A stretch of 62,916 bases of DNA, the filler included, from Nemertoderma westbladi (Eukaryota > Animalia > Xenacoelomorpha), in assembly GCA_032718475.1 (NCBI GenBank). It is 3 parts of 3 records of this genome, joined end to end, with 100 filler letters (N's around TTAATTAATTAA, not from the genome) between each part and the next. Parts side by side here need not be neighbours in the genome. Positions count along the whole stretch, not along the records: positions 1 to 19,389 come from JAUCBJ010006591.1; positions 19,490 to 42,788 come from JAUCBJ010001175.1; 1 more part is not named here. One strand, written 5' to 3'. Positions 11,393 through 22,588 of this stretch are shown one piece after another. Made by a program: the position numbers and the translations under genes. Numbering within the stretch: position 1 is the stretch's first letter; the number at the start of each line of letters is the position of its first letter. The notes under the pieces were generated by a model, which ran no database searches, had not been told where the DNA came from, and was given only the letters and a program-made list of their open reading frames with translations.

Positions 11393-13150
11393 ATGAATTA
11401 TATTATCAAAGTTAACAGTGTAGTTTCGAGATGTTTTTCGACAAAACCGAATCTTCCATTATTTCTAAAGGAGACTCCTCTACAAATGAGCTACATCCAT
11501 CGTCCTAGTTCCAAACCCTTTGTTAGACAAACTCTGGGAAAACTTATAGAAAGCCGGGCGATAGAGTCACGTGACAATGTCGCCTTTACTTTTGATCACA
11601 CCAACCAATCGGTAACATATGGGGAGGTGTTTGAGGAAGTTGAGAGGCTAGCCAGTGGATTTGTTGAGATTGGTTTAAAGCGAGGAGATAGAATCGGAAT
11701 CTACGGGATTAATACTCGGCAGTGGATGGTTGGAGCATATGCTGCAGCCCGTGCGGGTCTCATTACCGTGAATGTTAATCCGGCTTTTACGCCAATCGAG
11801 TTACAGCAGACACTCTGTAAGGTGGGAGTTAAAGCACTTCTAGTGGATACCGGGGTGAAACATATAAGTTACTACGATTTGTTGTGCATGGTGCTACCTG
11901 AGTTGCCTGACTCGAAACCTGGCTTGTTACAAGCCGGAAACGTGCCGAGTCTACGACATGTTATATTCATGGACGATACCCCCAGAACCGGATGCTATTC
12001 ATACGAAGACATCAAGAAAATAGGAGGTTCAACATCACGTGATCAAGTTACTCATTTGCAAAAGATAATAGAATCCGATGATTTATTGCTGATGCTCTTC
12101 AGTTCGGGTACTACTGGGAACCCCAAATCGATCACCGCTTCCCATCACGGCTACATTCAATCTGCAGTAAATATAGCCGAATGTTTGGTAATTGATAACA
12201 TAACCAACAATAACATTTTACTTCCGGTTCAGTTTTTCCATAGCTCAGCCTATCTAGGAGGAATTCTCCTCCCAATAGTTTCAGGATGTAAGATTGTTGT
12301 TCCTTCACCACTTTTCGACGCAGAGAAAACTTTAGAAAGCATTGAAAGGCATAAATGCAACTTTCTGTTCGCTCTTCCTACAATGTTTGTCGATATCATG
12401 AAAATCTATGCAAACTACAATTTGGAGTCGTTGAAAGGTTGTCTTGTTGGTGCATCCCCAGTCGCCGAGAAGTTCTTTACTGATGTCATCGATAAATTGG
12501 GGTTGACTATGGCTGTACGCGGTTACGGAATGACTGAACTCGGTTTAATGGTCTGCGGGAACTACGGGGATTCTAAAGAGATGCAGATACTGAAAGACGG
12601 GTATCCTATGGAAGGGGTCGAGGTGAAAATAATCGGAAGTGACGGAGCAATGCTTCCGGTGAATACGCCGGGGGAATTGTGTGTCAGAGGTTATTGCGTG
12701 TTCCCGGGCTACTGGCAAGACGAAGAGAAGACTAGAGAATCCATGGGGGCGGACGGATGGTGGAAAACTGGAGATTTAGGATCGATAGACGAGAATGGCT
12801 ATGTGACAATCTCCGGACGAGTGAAAGATATGATAATAAGGGGGGGAGCCAATGTGTTTCCGGTTGATATAGAGGATGTCCTACTTAATCATCCCAAGGT
12901 TAAAGACGCCAGCGCTTTTGGCGTTCCGGATCGGCGTTTAGGAGAGAAGGTTGCCGTGGCAGTTCAGCTCGAGGAGGGAATATCGATGAATGAAGACGAG
13001 ATTAGGGAATACGTCAAGGAAAGTTTGGCTCTTTACAAGGTCCCAGAATATGTGCGGTTTGTTGATGCGTTTCCTGTCACACCGGTTGGTAAGGTGAAGA
13101 AATTTATGCTGCAGAAGGAATTTGTTGAACACTTTAAGATCGAATCTTAA
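11393..13150 (+). CDS. ACSF2: Medium-chain acyl-CoA synthetase, ACSF2-like (AMP-binding/ANL family), probably mitochondrial; 585 aa in a single coding exon
   Basis: Uninterrupted ORF with P-loop FSSGTTGNPK, GYGMTE, KTGDLG, SGRVKDMIIRGGxN and GKVKK motifs. SYIH...QTLG N-terminal region as in ACSF2; basic, hydroxyl-rich presequence-like N-terminus. Confidence 0.93.
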   Translation: MNYIIKVNSVVSRCFSTKPNLPLFLKETPLQMSYIHRPSSKPFVRQTLGKLIESRAIESRDNVAFTFDHTNQSVTYGEVFEEVERLASGFVEIGLKRGDRIGIYGINTRQWMVGAYAAARAGLITVNVNPAFTPIELQQTLCKVGVKALLVDTGVKHISYYDLLCMVLPELPDSKPGLLQAGNVPSLRHVIFMDDTPRTGCYSYEDIKKIGGSTSRDQVTHLQKIIESDDLLLMLFSSGTTGNPKSITASHHGYIQSAVNIAECLVIDNITNNNILLPVQFFHSSAYLGGILLPIVSGCKIVVPSPLFDAEKTLESIERHKCNFLFALPTMFVDIMKIYANYNLESLKGCLVGASPVAEKFFTDVIDKLGLTMAVRGYGMTELGLMVCGNYGDSKEMQILKDGYPMEGVEVKIIGSDGAMLPVNTPGELCVRGYCVFPGYWQDEEKTRESMGADGWWKTGDLGSIDENGYVTISGRVKDMIIRGGANVFPVDIEDVLLNHPKVKDASAFGVPDRRLGEKVAVAVQLEEGISMNEDEIREYVKESLALYKVPEYVRFVDAFPVTPVGKVKKFMLQKEFVEHFKIES

Positions 13151-14011
13151 CTTCTGTAGGATATGTAAAACATACTGATTTACAGTAAGGTAGCGTATAT
13201 TTGTTTTCATTTAGATAAATTAATTAATTGCATTATTAAATATCCCGACCAATTGTCTCTATTGGAAAAAGCCACCAGTACAAAATTAAAGATGAGAGAT
13301 TAAATATTAAAGATACCCGCACAATAATAGGTACAATTTTTGAAGTGGGACTTTCTTTTCGGGAAAACATTTACTAAGGTGCAGCTCCAAAATAACCGCA
13401 AACACCAACTATGTGTTTAGTGGGTTTGAAAAATTAATTAAATTTAATTTAAACATTAAAGGAAAGTAGCAGGTTACAGAGGCAGTGTTTTCTAATCAAC
13501 ACAATTAACGAAACTTTATTTCACTTGCGGTCAATTTGCGCCATTGTCTGCGCTTAACTGTAGTACATACAGAAGGTGACATGGCGTTCTATATATACGT
13601 CCATTAGTGTAGAACGCCATGGTAGGTAGCTATTTCAAAATGCTGAATTTGAATTTTTGCAGAACATTTGTCATATTATTAATTATTATACTTATAAATG
13701 GTTATAATAATTATCTTTAAGGGATTGTATATTCAATATCATATTCCCCTATCACAACGCAAGATTATCCACATCCGCTAGCGCCTCAGGTAAAAGGAAC
13801 TGGAAATATGTACTACCTGATACCTTGTATGTCCGCAAATTACGTCCTCATGGCCTCTCTGAATAATCTCGTGTGCAGTTGGATCACGTTTGGTTTGCCC
13901 AAAACCGACGCGTTTCAATTTTGTGCTTTTAGATCCAACCGTGTATAGGTTGTCCAATGAGATGAGGTTTGGTTTGCCAAACGCTGATACGTTTCTATAT
14001 CACATGACCCA

Positions 14012-14485
14012 TGTCATCGACCTCAGCCCTCGCCAGCAATAGGATCTAAACGTGACTGCTTGGCCAACCAGTAGCTCCGACCAATCAGGGACGAGCTACG
14101 GCCAATCAGCTTTCAGAACGTTCCGATCCCGATTTGCATAATGTCTCGATATAAAAGGGCCTGTTTTCTCACTTTCCTTACCTCCTTGCACCTTCACCCT
14201 CTTCTTGCGGAAGCCCCTGACTTTTACAACAGGAAAAGTATTTATATTTTTAGCGGCATTTTTATCTGTAAATAGCATATCTGTATTTCTGCAATTTCTG
14301 TAATATCTCAACTATCTGTACTTAATAATACCTGATTCTAATGATATAATATAATAGTTTATGCAGTTCACATCGATTCTACTAGTTTTCATCTCAACTT
14401 CCTTTCCAATATGCAGTCCACTTCATCGAACTCTTAACGGGAGGTGTCGAATATAGCTTTCTCACTTTGGTAGACCCGACGGAAC
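14012..14485 (+). mobile_element. Probable LTR of an LTR retrotransposon followed by a PBS-like sequence
   Basis: TGTCA start; CCAAT x2, octamer and TATAAAA; pyrimidine-rich R-like region; ...CTCA followed by TGGTAGACCCGACG (14468), close to a tRNA-Trp PBS (TGGTGACCCCGACG). Boundaries are uncertain. Confidence 0.4.
14081..14156 (+). promoter_or_regulatory. Pol II promoter module: CCAAT, CCAAT, octamer, TATA
   Basis: CCAATCA at 14081 and 14102, ATTTGCAT at 14132..14139, TATAAAA at 14150..14156. Confidence 0.6.
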
Positions 14486-14634
14486 AGGTGCAGTCGCAGT
14501 CTCCCTCTCTCTCTCTGCGCCGTTCCTCACATATCAGCCGTCAATGACATCATCTACTGACACTGTACTCAATCCTACTGTACTTGGACTTTTATTTATG
14601 GCTTGAGCGTCACCTACAAACCCTAACCAAACAA

Positions 14635-14885
14635 GGGCGAAAACGCTCAAAGATCCGCGTCTATTAACGCATATGAACCTATCTAACACAGTACCAACAA
14701 GATTCACCGGAAAGTGGGATTGAACCCCGTTCCTAGAGATTCCAAGTCCAATGACTACCAACTTCGACACTGCGCCGTATATGAAGAATATATGATGAAT
14801 AAAACTAAAACGTAGCTGAAAATTAACAACAACAACAATAACAACAACCGAGTGAATGCTAGAGGTCTCGCTACGCGAACCTAAA
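14635..14885 (-). mobile_element. Composite repeat: Helentron/DINE-like end with (GTT)n microsatellite plus a tRNA-like A/B-box segment, copy 1
   Basis: The minus strand starts TTTTAGGTTCGCGTAGCGAGACCT (small stem), then (GTT)n, then GGCGCAGT...GGTTCAATCCC. Homologous to 30983..31233. Confidence 0.6.
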
Positions 14886-14937
14886 AACGAACGAACAATC
14901 AAACACTGAAACAAGCAAGCAAAGCAATCCAATTAGA

Positions 14938-17332
14938 GTTTGTATGTGCTATTGGTTGTATGTGCTATGGGTTGTATGTGCTATTGGTTGTATGTGCTAT
15001 GGGTTGTAGGTGCTCTGGGTTGTATGTGCTTTAGGTTGTATGTACTAGGGGTTGTAGGTGCTCTAGGTTGTATGTGCTTTAGGTTGTATGTGCTATGGGT
15101 TGTATGTGTTTTAGGTTGTATGTGTGTGCTTTAGGTTGTAGGTGCTTTAGGTTGTAGGTGCTTTAAATTGTAGGTGCTTTAGGTTGTAGGTGGTTTAGGT
15201 TGTATGTGCTATGGGTTGTATGTGCTATGGGTTGCATGTGCTATGGGTTGTATGTGCTATGAGTTGTATTTGGTATGGTTTGTAGGTGCTTTAGGTTGTA
15301 TGTGCTATGGGTTGTATGTGCTTTAGGTTGTATGTGTGTGCTTTAGGTTGTATGTGCTATGGGTTGCATGTGCTATGGGTTGTATGTTCTATGGGTTGTA
15401 GGTGCTTTAGGTTGTATGTGCTTTAGGTTGTATGTGCTTTAGGTTGTATGTGCTTTAGGTTGTATGTGCTTTAGGGTGTAGGTGCTTCAGGTTGTATGTG
15501 CTATGGGTTGTATGTGCTATGGGTTGTATGTGCTTTCGGTTGTATGTGTGTGCTTTAGGTTGTAGGTGCTTTAGGTTGTATGTGCTATGGGTTGTATGTG
15601 CTTTAGGTTGTATGTGTGTGCTTTAGGTTGTATGTGCTTTAGGTTGTAGGTGCTTTAGGTTGTAGGTGCTTCAGGTTGTATGTGCTATGGGTTGTATGTG
15701 ATTTAGGTTGTATGTGTGTGCTTTAGGTTGTATGTGCTTTAGGTTGTAGGTGCTTTAGGTTGTAGGTGCTTTAGGTTGTATGTGCTATGGGTTGCATGTG
15801 CTATGGGTTGTATGTTCTATGGGTTGTAGGTGCTTTAGGTTGTATGTGCTTTATGTTGTATGTTCTATGGGTTGTATGTGCTATGGGTTGTATGTGCTAT
15901 GGGTTGTATGTGCTATGGGTTGTATGTGCTATAGGTTGTAGGTGCTTTAGGTTGTATGTGTGTGCTTTAGGTTGTATGTGCTTTAGGTTGTAGGTGCTTT
16001 AGGTTGTATGTGCTATGGGTTGCATGTGCTATGGGTTGTATGTTCTATGGGTTGTAGGTGCTTTATGTTGTATGTGCTATGGGTTGTATGTGCTATGGGT
16101 TGTATGTGCTATGGGTTGTATGTGCTATGGGTTGTATGTGCTATGGGTTGTATGTGCTATAGGTTGTAGGTGCTTTAGGTTGTATGTGTGTGCTTTAGGT
16201 TGTATGTGCTTTAGGTTGTAGGTGCTTTAGGTTGTATGTGCTATGGGTTGTAGGTGCTTTAGGTTGTATGTGCTATGGGTTGTATGTGCTATGGGTTGTA
16301 TGTGCTTTAGGTTGTATGTGCTATGGGTTCCATGTGCTATGGGTTGTATTTTCTATGGGTTGTAGGTGCTTTAGGTTGTATGTGCTATAGGTTGTAGGTG
16401 CTTTAAATTGTAGGTGCTTTAGGTTGTATGTGTGTGCTTTAGGTTGTATGTGCTATGAGTTGTATTTGGTATGGTTTGTAGGTGCTTTAGGTTGTATGTT
16501 CTATGGGTTGTAGGTGCTTTAGGTTGTATGTGCTTTAGGTTGTAGGTGCTTTAGGTTGTATGTGCTATGGGTTGTATGTGCTATGGGTTGTAGGTGCTTT
16601 AGGTTGTATGTGCTTTAGGTTGTATGTGCTTTAGGTTGTAGGTGCTTTAGGTTGTATGTGCTTTAGGTTGTATGTGTGTGCTTTAGGTTGTATGTGCTTT
16701 AGGTTGTAGGTGCTTTAGGTTGTAGGTGCTTCAGGTTGTATGTGCTATGGGTTGTATGTGCTTTAGGTTGTATGTGTGTGCTTTAGGTTGTATGTGCTTT
16801 AGGTTGTAGGTGCTTTAGGTTGTAGGTGCTTTAGGTTGTATGTGCTATGGGTTGCATGTGCTATGGGTTGTATGTTCTATGGGTTGTAGGTGCTTTAGGT
16901 TGTATGTGCTATAGGTTGTAGGTGCTTTAGGTTGTATGTGTGTGCTTTAGGTTGTATGTGCTTTAGGTTGTAGGTGCTTTAGGTTGTATGTGCTATGGGT
17001 TGTAGGTGCTTTAGGTTGTATGTGCTATGGGTTGTATGTGCTTTAGGTTGTATGTGCTATGGGTTCCATGTGCTATGGGTTGTATTTTCTATGGGTTGTA
17101 GGTGCTTTAGGTTGTATGTGCTATAGGTTGTAGGTGCTTTAAATTGTAGGTGCTTTAGGTTGTATGTGTGTGCTTTAGGTTGTATGTGCTTTAGGTTGTA
17201 GGTGCTTTAGGTTGTATGTGCTATGGGTTGTAGGTGCTTTAGGTTGTATGTGCTATGGGTTGTATGTGCTTTAGGTTGTATGTGCTATGGGTTCCATGTG
17301 CTATGGGTTGTATTTTCTATGGGTTGTAGGTG
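14938..17332 (+). repeat. Minisatellite, 16-bp unit GGTTGTA(T/G)GTGCT(ATG/TTA), ~150 copies
   Basis: Direct inspection; occasional 20-bp variants (TGTGTGTG). Confidence 0.98.
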
Positions 17333-17459
17333 CCCAGTCAGTGGTCGGGAGGTGAAACTATCACTGTTTCAAATTTCATGCTATCTCATTAATATTTGTA
17401 GAAAAATTTGGGGGGGGGGCATGTACCAGAATAACGACACTATATTCCAGGACATGGTG
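17333..17459. mobile_element. MITE family A, right-end fragment
   Basis: Ends ...ATAACGACACTATATTCCAGGACATGGTG, the reverse complement of the 10084 terminus. Confidence 0.8.
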
Positions 17460-17526
17460 CATAAAATATGTTGTCTGGTGCCCTTAACATATACAATATG
17501 TTCTTAAAAAATAGACAATAGGCCTA

Positions 17527-18080
17527 CACCATGTCCCAGAATATAGTGTCGTAATTCAGTGACACCCCCCCCCCCCCCCCCCCCCCCTAATTTTTCTACA
17601 AACCTTAATTAGATTGCATGAAATTTGAAACAGAGATAGTTTCACCTCCCTGGTTGAGCCAGAATTTTTATTTTTGCTTTCAATCTTTAGCTACACGCGT
17701 TTAAAAAAAAAAGTGCCTCCAGCGATATTACACCAGTTACACCGCAGTTATTCTTCAACCTTATAGTGATTTGTTGGTACTGATAAAAAGCTGACCGTAC
17801 AAGGATTCCAAATATGTAACACAATTTGAATTTCGTTGAAAAATAGCGGAGATATGGGCGTTCAAATGTTGCATGGTTTTGCACCGGCGTGAAGCTATTT
17901 TATTCTATTTAATAAATAGACCATATTCTGGAACACTTTTTAAATGTATGAATAGCTACGTAATAGTATGATTAAAGATCTAATGCATTGTTGCCCAGGT
18001 ACGTATTTGGATAAACAAAATATTCCAGATTATGATGTATTTATTAAATATAATAAAATAGCCTCGCGCCGGTGCAAAAC
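17527..18080. mobile_element. MITE family A, truncated copy
   Basis: TA|CACCATGTCCCAGAATATAGTGTCGTAATTCAGTGACAC(C)n, colinear with the arms of 10084..11013. Confidence 0.8.
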
Positions 18081-19270
18081 TTTAATTTCAATTTAGCAAA
18101 ATTCAACTATTCTGTCCGAGTGGTTGAATTTTACACGAGTTGGCAGGTTTTTAAATTTCCAAACGAGTGAAACACTCAACACACGAGGGCAGAATAACTG
18201 AATTTTGCTAAAGAAAATGCGTGAAAAATAGTGTTTTCCGTTACGTTTTTATATCGAATAATTGATTTATTTGAAAAAAGATCACCAGCGTTATCATTTT
18301 TTACGACGTATAAAACTATTAATGCTGCCCACTTTTTTTAACTAATTTTCCACAAAAATTAGTTAAAAAAAGGACATTTTTAAACTATTTTTCTGGAAAT
18401 TAGTGAAAAAAGTTATATTATAAGGTTAAAGGGTGACTTGACAATATTGGACTAGTAAATAAATATGTTTCAGAGTTATAAAGAATGTATATTAGGACGT
18501 AGTGGTCTGATTGAGTGAATGTAGTGCCATATTGTGTAACAATTATAGATTATTGGAAATACTACAGGCGATGGCTATGACGTTTATTAACATTATGTAC
18601 AGTAAGTTATCTTTACAATTAATCTGTCTGAGATTTATAGTGAATGCTTACTAAATGGGATTCTGTCCACTATATTAAAGTTTAATGTTGCTATGGTTTG
18701 TCTCCAGGATAGCTTGGCGATGGGGTTATTGTACTGTAGCTCGGGCTTAGAAGGTAAGTCTATTACAGACGTCTTGTTAAGTCAGGCATAAGGCCGATAA
18801 GGGTAATTCATATATACTGTATACAATAAACCCACTCGCTATAAGGTTAATTTTTTGGTTTCTTCGGAGTCTCTTCTGGGAGATACTGTTTATATTAATT
18901 AATAGGTTATGTTGTTCGTTATAACATAACAATTCATCAGGTTATGATAGATTAGACAGAATATTATAAACATGTCTGACTATATTCTATATTATCATAA
19001 TAAACTGGACAAAAATCAACAAAATAGATTAGAACGACTTAATTGGTTTTACGTCCTGCAATATAAATAATAAGTTCAGCAAATATTACCTAAATAAAAT
19101 ATATGATATCGGTGATGCATAACTCACAGTTTATCTGCCGTCCCTTGTGTGCCTCGTGTAATCGGTGTGAGTGTGTGTCAATTGTCATCCGTGTGTGTAA
19201 CAGTGGTGGTCAACGTATGCGCGTCGCCTGACCCAAGACCGTAATGACCATAGCCGGACCGCATATTACC

Positions 19271-19322
19271 AATTGGGGTGTCGTTTCAGCCTGTAAGGGA
19301 AGGCTGAAACGACACCCCAATT
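19271..19322. repeat. Perfect 22-bp inverted repeat with an 8-nt spacer
   Basis: AATTGGGGTGTCGTTTCAGCCT-gtaaggga-AGGCTGAAACGACACCCCAATT. Confidence 0.95.
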
Positions 19323-19389
19323 ATTAATAATATCCACCCGGGCCAGGTATGGCATGAAGGTGGTGTGTACTCGCGTACCGCCAGCACCC

Positions 19390-19489
19390 NNNNNNNNNNN
19401 NNNNNNNNNNNNNNNNNNNNNNNNNNNNNNNNNTTAATTAATTAANNNNNNNNNNNNNNNNNNNNNNNNNNNNNNNNNNNNNNNNNNNN
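19390..19489. other. Assembly gap (44 N + TTAATTAATTAA + 44 N)
   Basis: Fixed 100-nt gap with a six-frame stop linker; identical layout at 42789..42888. Confidence 0.98.
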
Positions 19490-20570
19490 AAGGAGAAAAT
19501 CGTCAGCATAGATAGGCAAGCGCTCCAAGCTAGACAGGTCCATTACGGCAGCCAAGACCTGTCGACTGAAGTCCATTGACCATCACTTCCGTGTGTACAG
19601 GTTGTAGAGTGTTGGAGACAGAAGTGATCCCTGCTTTAGGCCCTTATGAACTGCAATAGGGCAACGCATAGATCAATTCCTTCGCTGAATTTAAGAAACA
19701 CCTGGCTCAAAGCGTAATAACTGATGAGAGTGGAGGCAATATATGGATTGACTCCATTATTTAGAAGCTTGCGAATCAGGATGGAGTAGTCAACATTGTC
19801 AAAGGCAGCTTCGATATCAACTTGGCAAATATATATTGGGGAACCTCTAGATAGGTAATATTCAATTGTCTCCAGGAGAATTGCGATAGCAGCATCTGTA
19901 CCATGTTTTCTCTGATATGCAGTCTGATTCGGGTGTGTACCACAATTATTGAGATAGTTGGAAATCAAAATGTTCTCTAGGATTTTCGCGAATATATTTA
20001 TCGACGATATGGGTCGATAAGATGCCGCCTGACTCGAGTCTCTACCTATGCCCTTGTAAAGGCTGGAGAGTACAGACTGTCCGAAAAATGTTGGGACAGA
20101 TTGTAGTTTGAATGATGAGTTTGAATGAATATTGATGATTTTGGCGAGAGTGCAGCACAGTGGTTCCAGATTGAGATGTGGAAAGTTCTCAACAGTGAGA
20201 GAGCAGAGTGTAAGTCCCCTGCTTTGCCTGTGAAGAGATTACATTGATCTATTAAAAAGTGCAACGGCCACACAATGTGAGTCGAATCTCCTTTATGATT
20301 TTTGTAGGTATTTTACAAGGTCCCGAGGATTTGTTTTCATTTAATTTAACAATTATGTAGTCTACTTCCAATAGACTCACGCATTTAAAAGAAAACTGCG
20401 CTCTGTTTTGTACAGAGTAGTCAGGCATATTGATCGTTGAGCAATTAAAAAAATTCCCTAAATTTAAAAATGTTTCATTCATGGAATTTGATAGCTGTTT
20501 TCGGTTAGTTAATAAAGTACCTCGGTATTTGATACAATTAATGGAAGCACTTTTGATTTTATTATTTATA
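19490..20570 (-). mobile_element. Degenerate non-LTR retrotransposon reverse transcriptase fragments (L2/CR1 group; possibly two elements joined near 20250)
   Basis: KSSGPCKIPTKIIK; YRPISSINIFAKILE; QTAYQRKHGT; VDIEAAFDNVD; KQGSLLSPTLYNLY; YADD at the gap edge; frameshifted. Confidence 0.85.
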
Positions 20571-21345
20571 CTACTACTACTAGGTCGAGCGAACTCGGAC
20601 AATGGAAATGAGATCTTTCCAGGCTTCCCAATTCTCCATAGTTGTCGCAATTTCGTTTCTCCCAAGTTCAGTATCCCTTTCAAGTTGATCTATATATGTT
20701 ATGGCCGGTCGTCCACGACTACGCTTTCCATGAGATGGTTGCCAAAGAAGTAGATCTGGTATGACCTCGTCTTTAATTCGCACAGGTGGTATTGTACCAT
20801 AAAGCTCGGTATTTGTCATGTATTGTCTCCAGCTGATGTTTAGGGCTGCCCTTAGTAGTCTTGTGTAGCAACCATCGATTCGTTGTTCAAGTGATTTAGT
20901 CAGTGTCCAGGTCTCACCCCCGTATAAAAATACACTTTCCACTGTGGCTCGAAAGAACTTAGTCTTCAGGTGCCTGGAGAGATCTGATTTCCAGATGGTA
21001 TCCATTTTTGATAGAGCTACCCAAGCCTTTGCTTTCCTAACTTCTATGTCCTTTTTGCTACTCTCTATCCATGATCCAAGGTACTTGAAGTCGTCGACCT
21101 TCCTTAGTTGATTATTATCTATGGTTGTCAAGTTTCCATCAACATTAAAGGTCATGAATTCGGTCTTGGTAGCATTTATATGCAATCCAACTTCCTTAGC
21201 AGCCCTCTCCACTTTATTTAGTAGAAGCTGTGCATCTGCTAGTGTATTAGAGAGCAGGGCGATGTCATCTGCAAAGTCGGTGTCTGTGACTGTAGTTGCC
21301 GGATATTTACTACTTCTGCGTTCTTGAAGTGTGGATCCCAGTTCT
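20569..21345 (-). mobile_element. 5'-truncated RTE-clade LINE (RT C-terminal half) with (AGT)n tail
   Basis: DTDFADDIALL, FKYLGS, FFRATVESVFLYGGETWTL, HGKRSRGRPAITYIDQL, then a stop followed by (AGT)n. Confidence 0.9.
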
Positions 21346-21973
21346 ACACCCTTGACCAAATGATTATTATTTATAATTTTATTAATTATATTTTCCACCT
21401 TGATTTGCACACCCTTCTCCGGTCTAGCTCCCTGTGTCTCTGCGGAGGACGGCGATCTTGGCGGGGTCTAGGTTTCGGCGATGGAGCTGGGCTGCGTGGC
21501 AATGAAATCGCCACGCAATATGGCTGAACTCAGTACTTTAGTTAATATATGTGTATAAGTTAATATAACTAAAGTGTATTTAAATTAATTGTTATGATTA
21601 TTGCTGTTTCATATATTACGATAATAATACCTATAATATATTAAAAAAAAAAAAAAAAAATGATTTGCTGTCCCTGGCATTGATATATTTATTTTTTATG
21701 AAATTATTTTACATGTTATTAAATTTATTTCGCTATCATTTGTATGCCTTGTAATTTCTGTCACGTTTTGTATGGCGCCAGAGTGCAAATTTGTTTGGAT
21801 GTAACTAGAAAAATTAACCCTCATTACCAATGGAACAAAAACTTCCACAGTTGGGATTACTTTTTTCTTAAACATTTTAAGTGATTACATTTGGAAATTA
21901 GCTGAAATACTACTGGTAATTACTATACCTACTAACTTACCGTACCGCTGTATGTTCTAATTATTATACAATA

Positions 21974-22588
21974 TACCAGTAATGGATCCCTACAATTGAA
22001 TACCAGTAATGGATCCCTACAATTGAATACCAGTAATGGATCCTTACAATTGAATACCAGTAATGGATCCTTACAATGGAATACCAGTAATGGATCCCTA
22101 CAATTGAATACCAGTAATGGATCCCTACAATTGAATACCAGTAATGGATCCTTACAATGGAATACCAGTAATGGATCCCTACAATTGAATACCAGTAATG
22201 GATCCCTATAATTGAATACCAGTAATGGATCCTTACAATGGAATACCAGTAATGGATCCTTACAATTGAATACCTGTAATGGATCCCTACAATGGAATAC
22301 CAGTAATGGATCCTTACAATTGAATACCTGTAATGGATCCCTACAATGGAATACCAGTAATGGATCCCTACAATTGAATACCAGTAATGGATCCCTACAA
22401 TTGAATACCAGTAATGGATCCTTACAATGGAATACCAGTAATGGATCCCTGAAATGGAATACCAGTAATGGATCCCTACAATGGAATACCAGTAATGGAT
22501 CCCTACAATGGAATACCAGTAATGGATCCTTACAATTGAATACCTGTAATGGATCCCTACAATGGAATACCAGTAATGGAATACCAGT
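21974..22588 (+). repeat. Minisatellite, 27-bp unit AATACCAGTAATGGATCCYTACAATKG, ~22 copies
   Basis: Direct inspection. Confidence 0.98.

Noticed and set aside
14938-17332. Cys-rich ORFs and telomere-like TTAGG content
   Set aside because: A 16-bp unit cycles through the frames; TTAGG is only part of one unit variant, not a telomeric array.
18708-18753. Plus-strand AG...GTAAGT micro-exon
   Set aside because: No recognisable peptide or partner exons; the opposite strand looks more like a decayed LINE C-terminus.
19434-19445. TTAATTAATTAA between N runs as a biological motif (also 42833..42844)
   Set aside because: It is an artificial scaffolding linker in identical 100-nt gaps.
21941-21956. 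Minus-strand micro-exon as the next amidase exon
   Set aside because: The peptide (QTYSGT) fits the expected T.YT..M motif poorly and the acceptor is weak.
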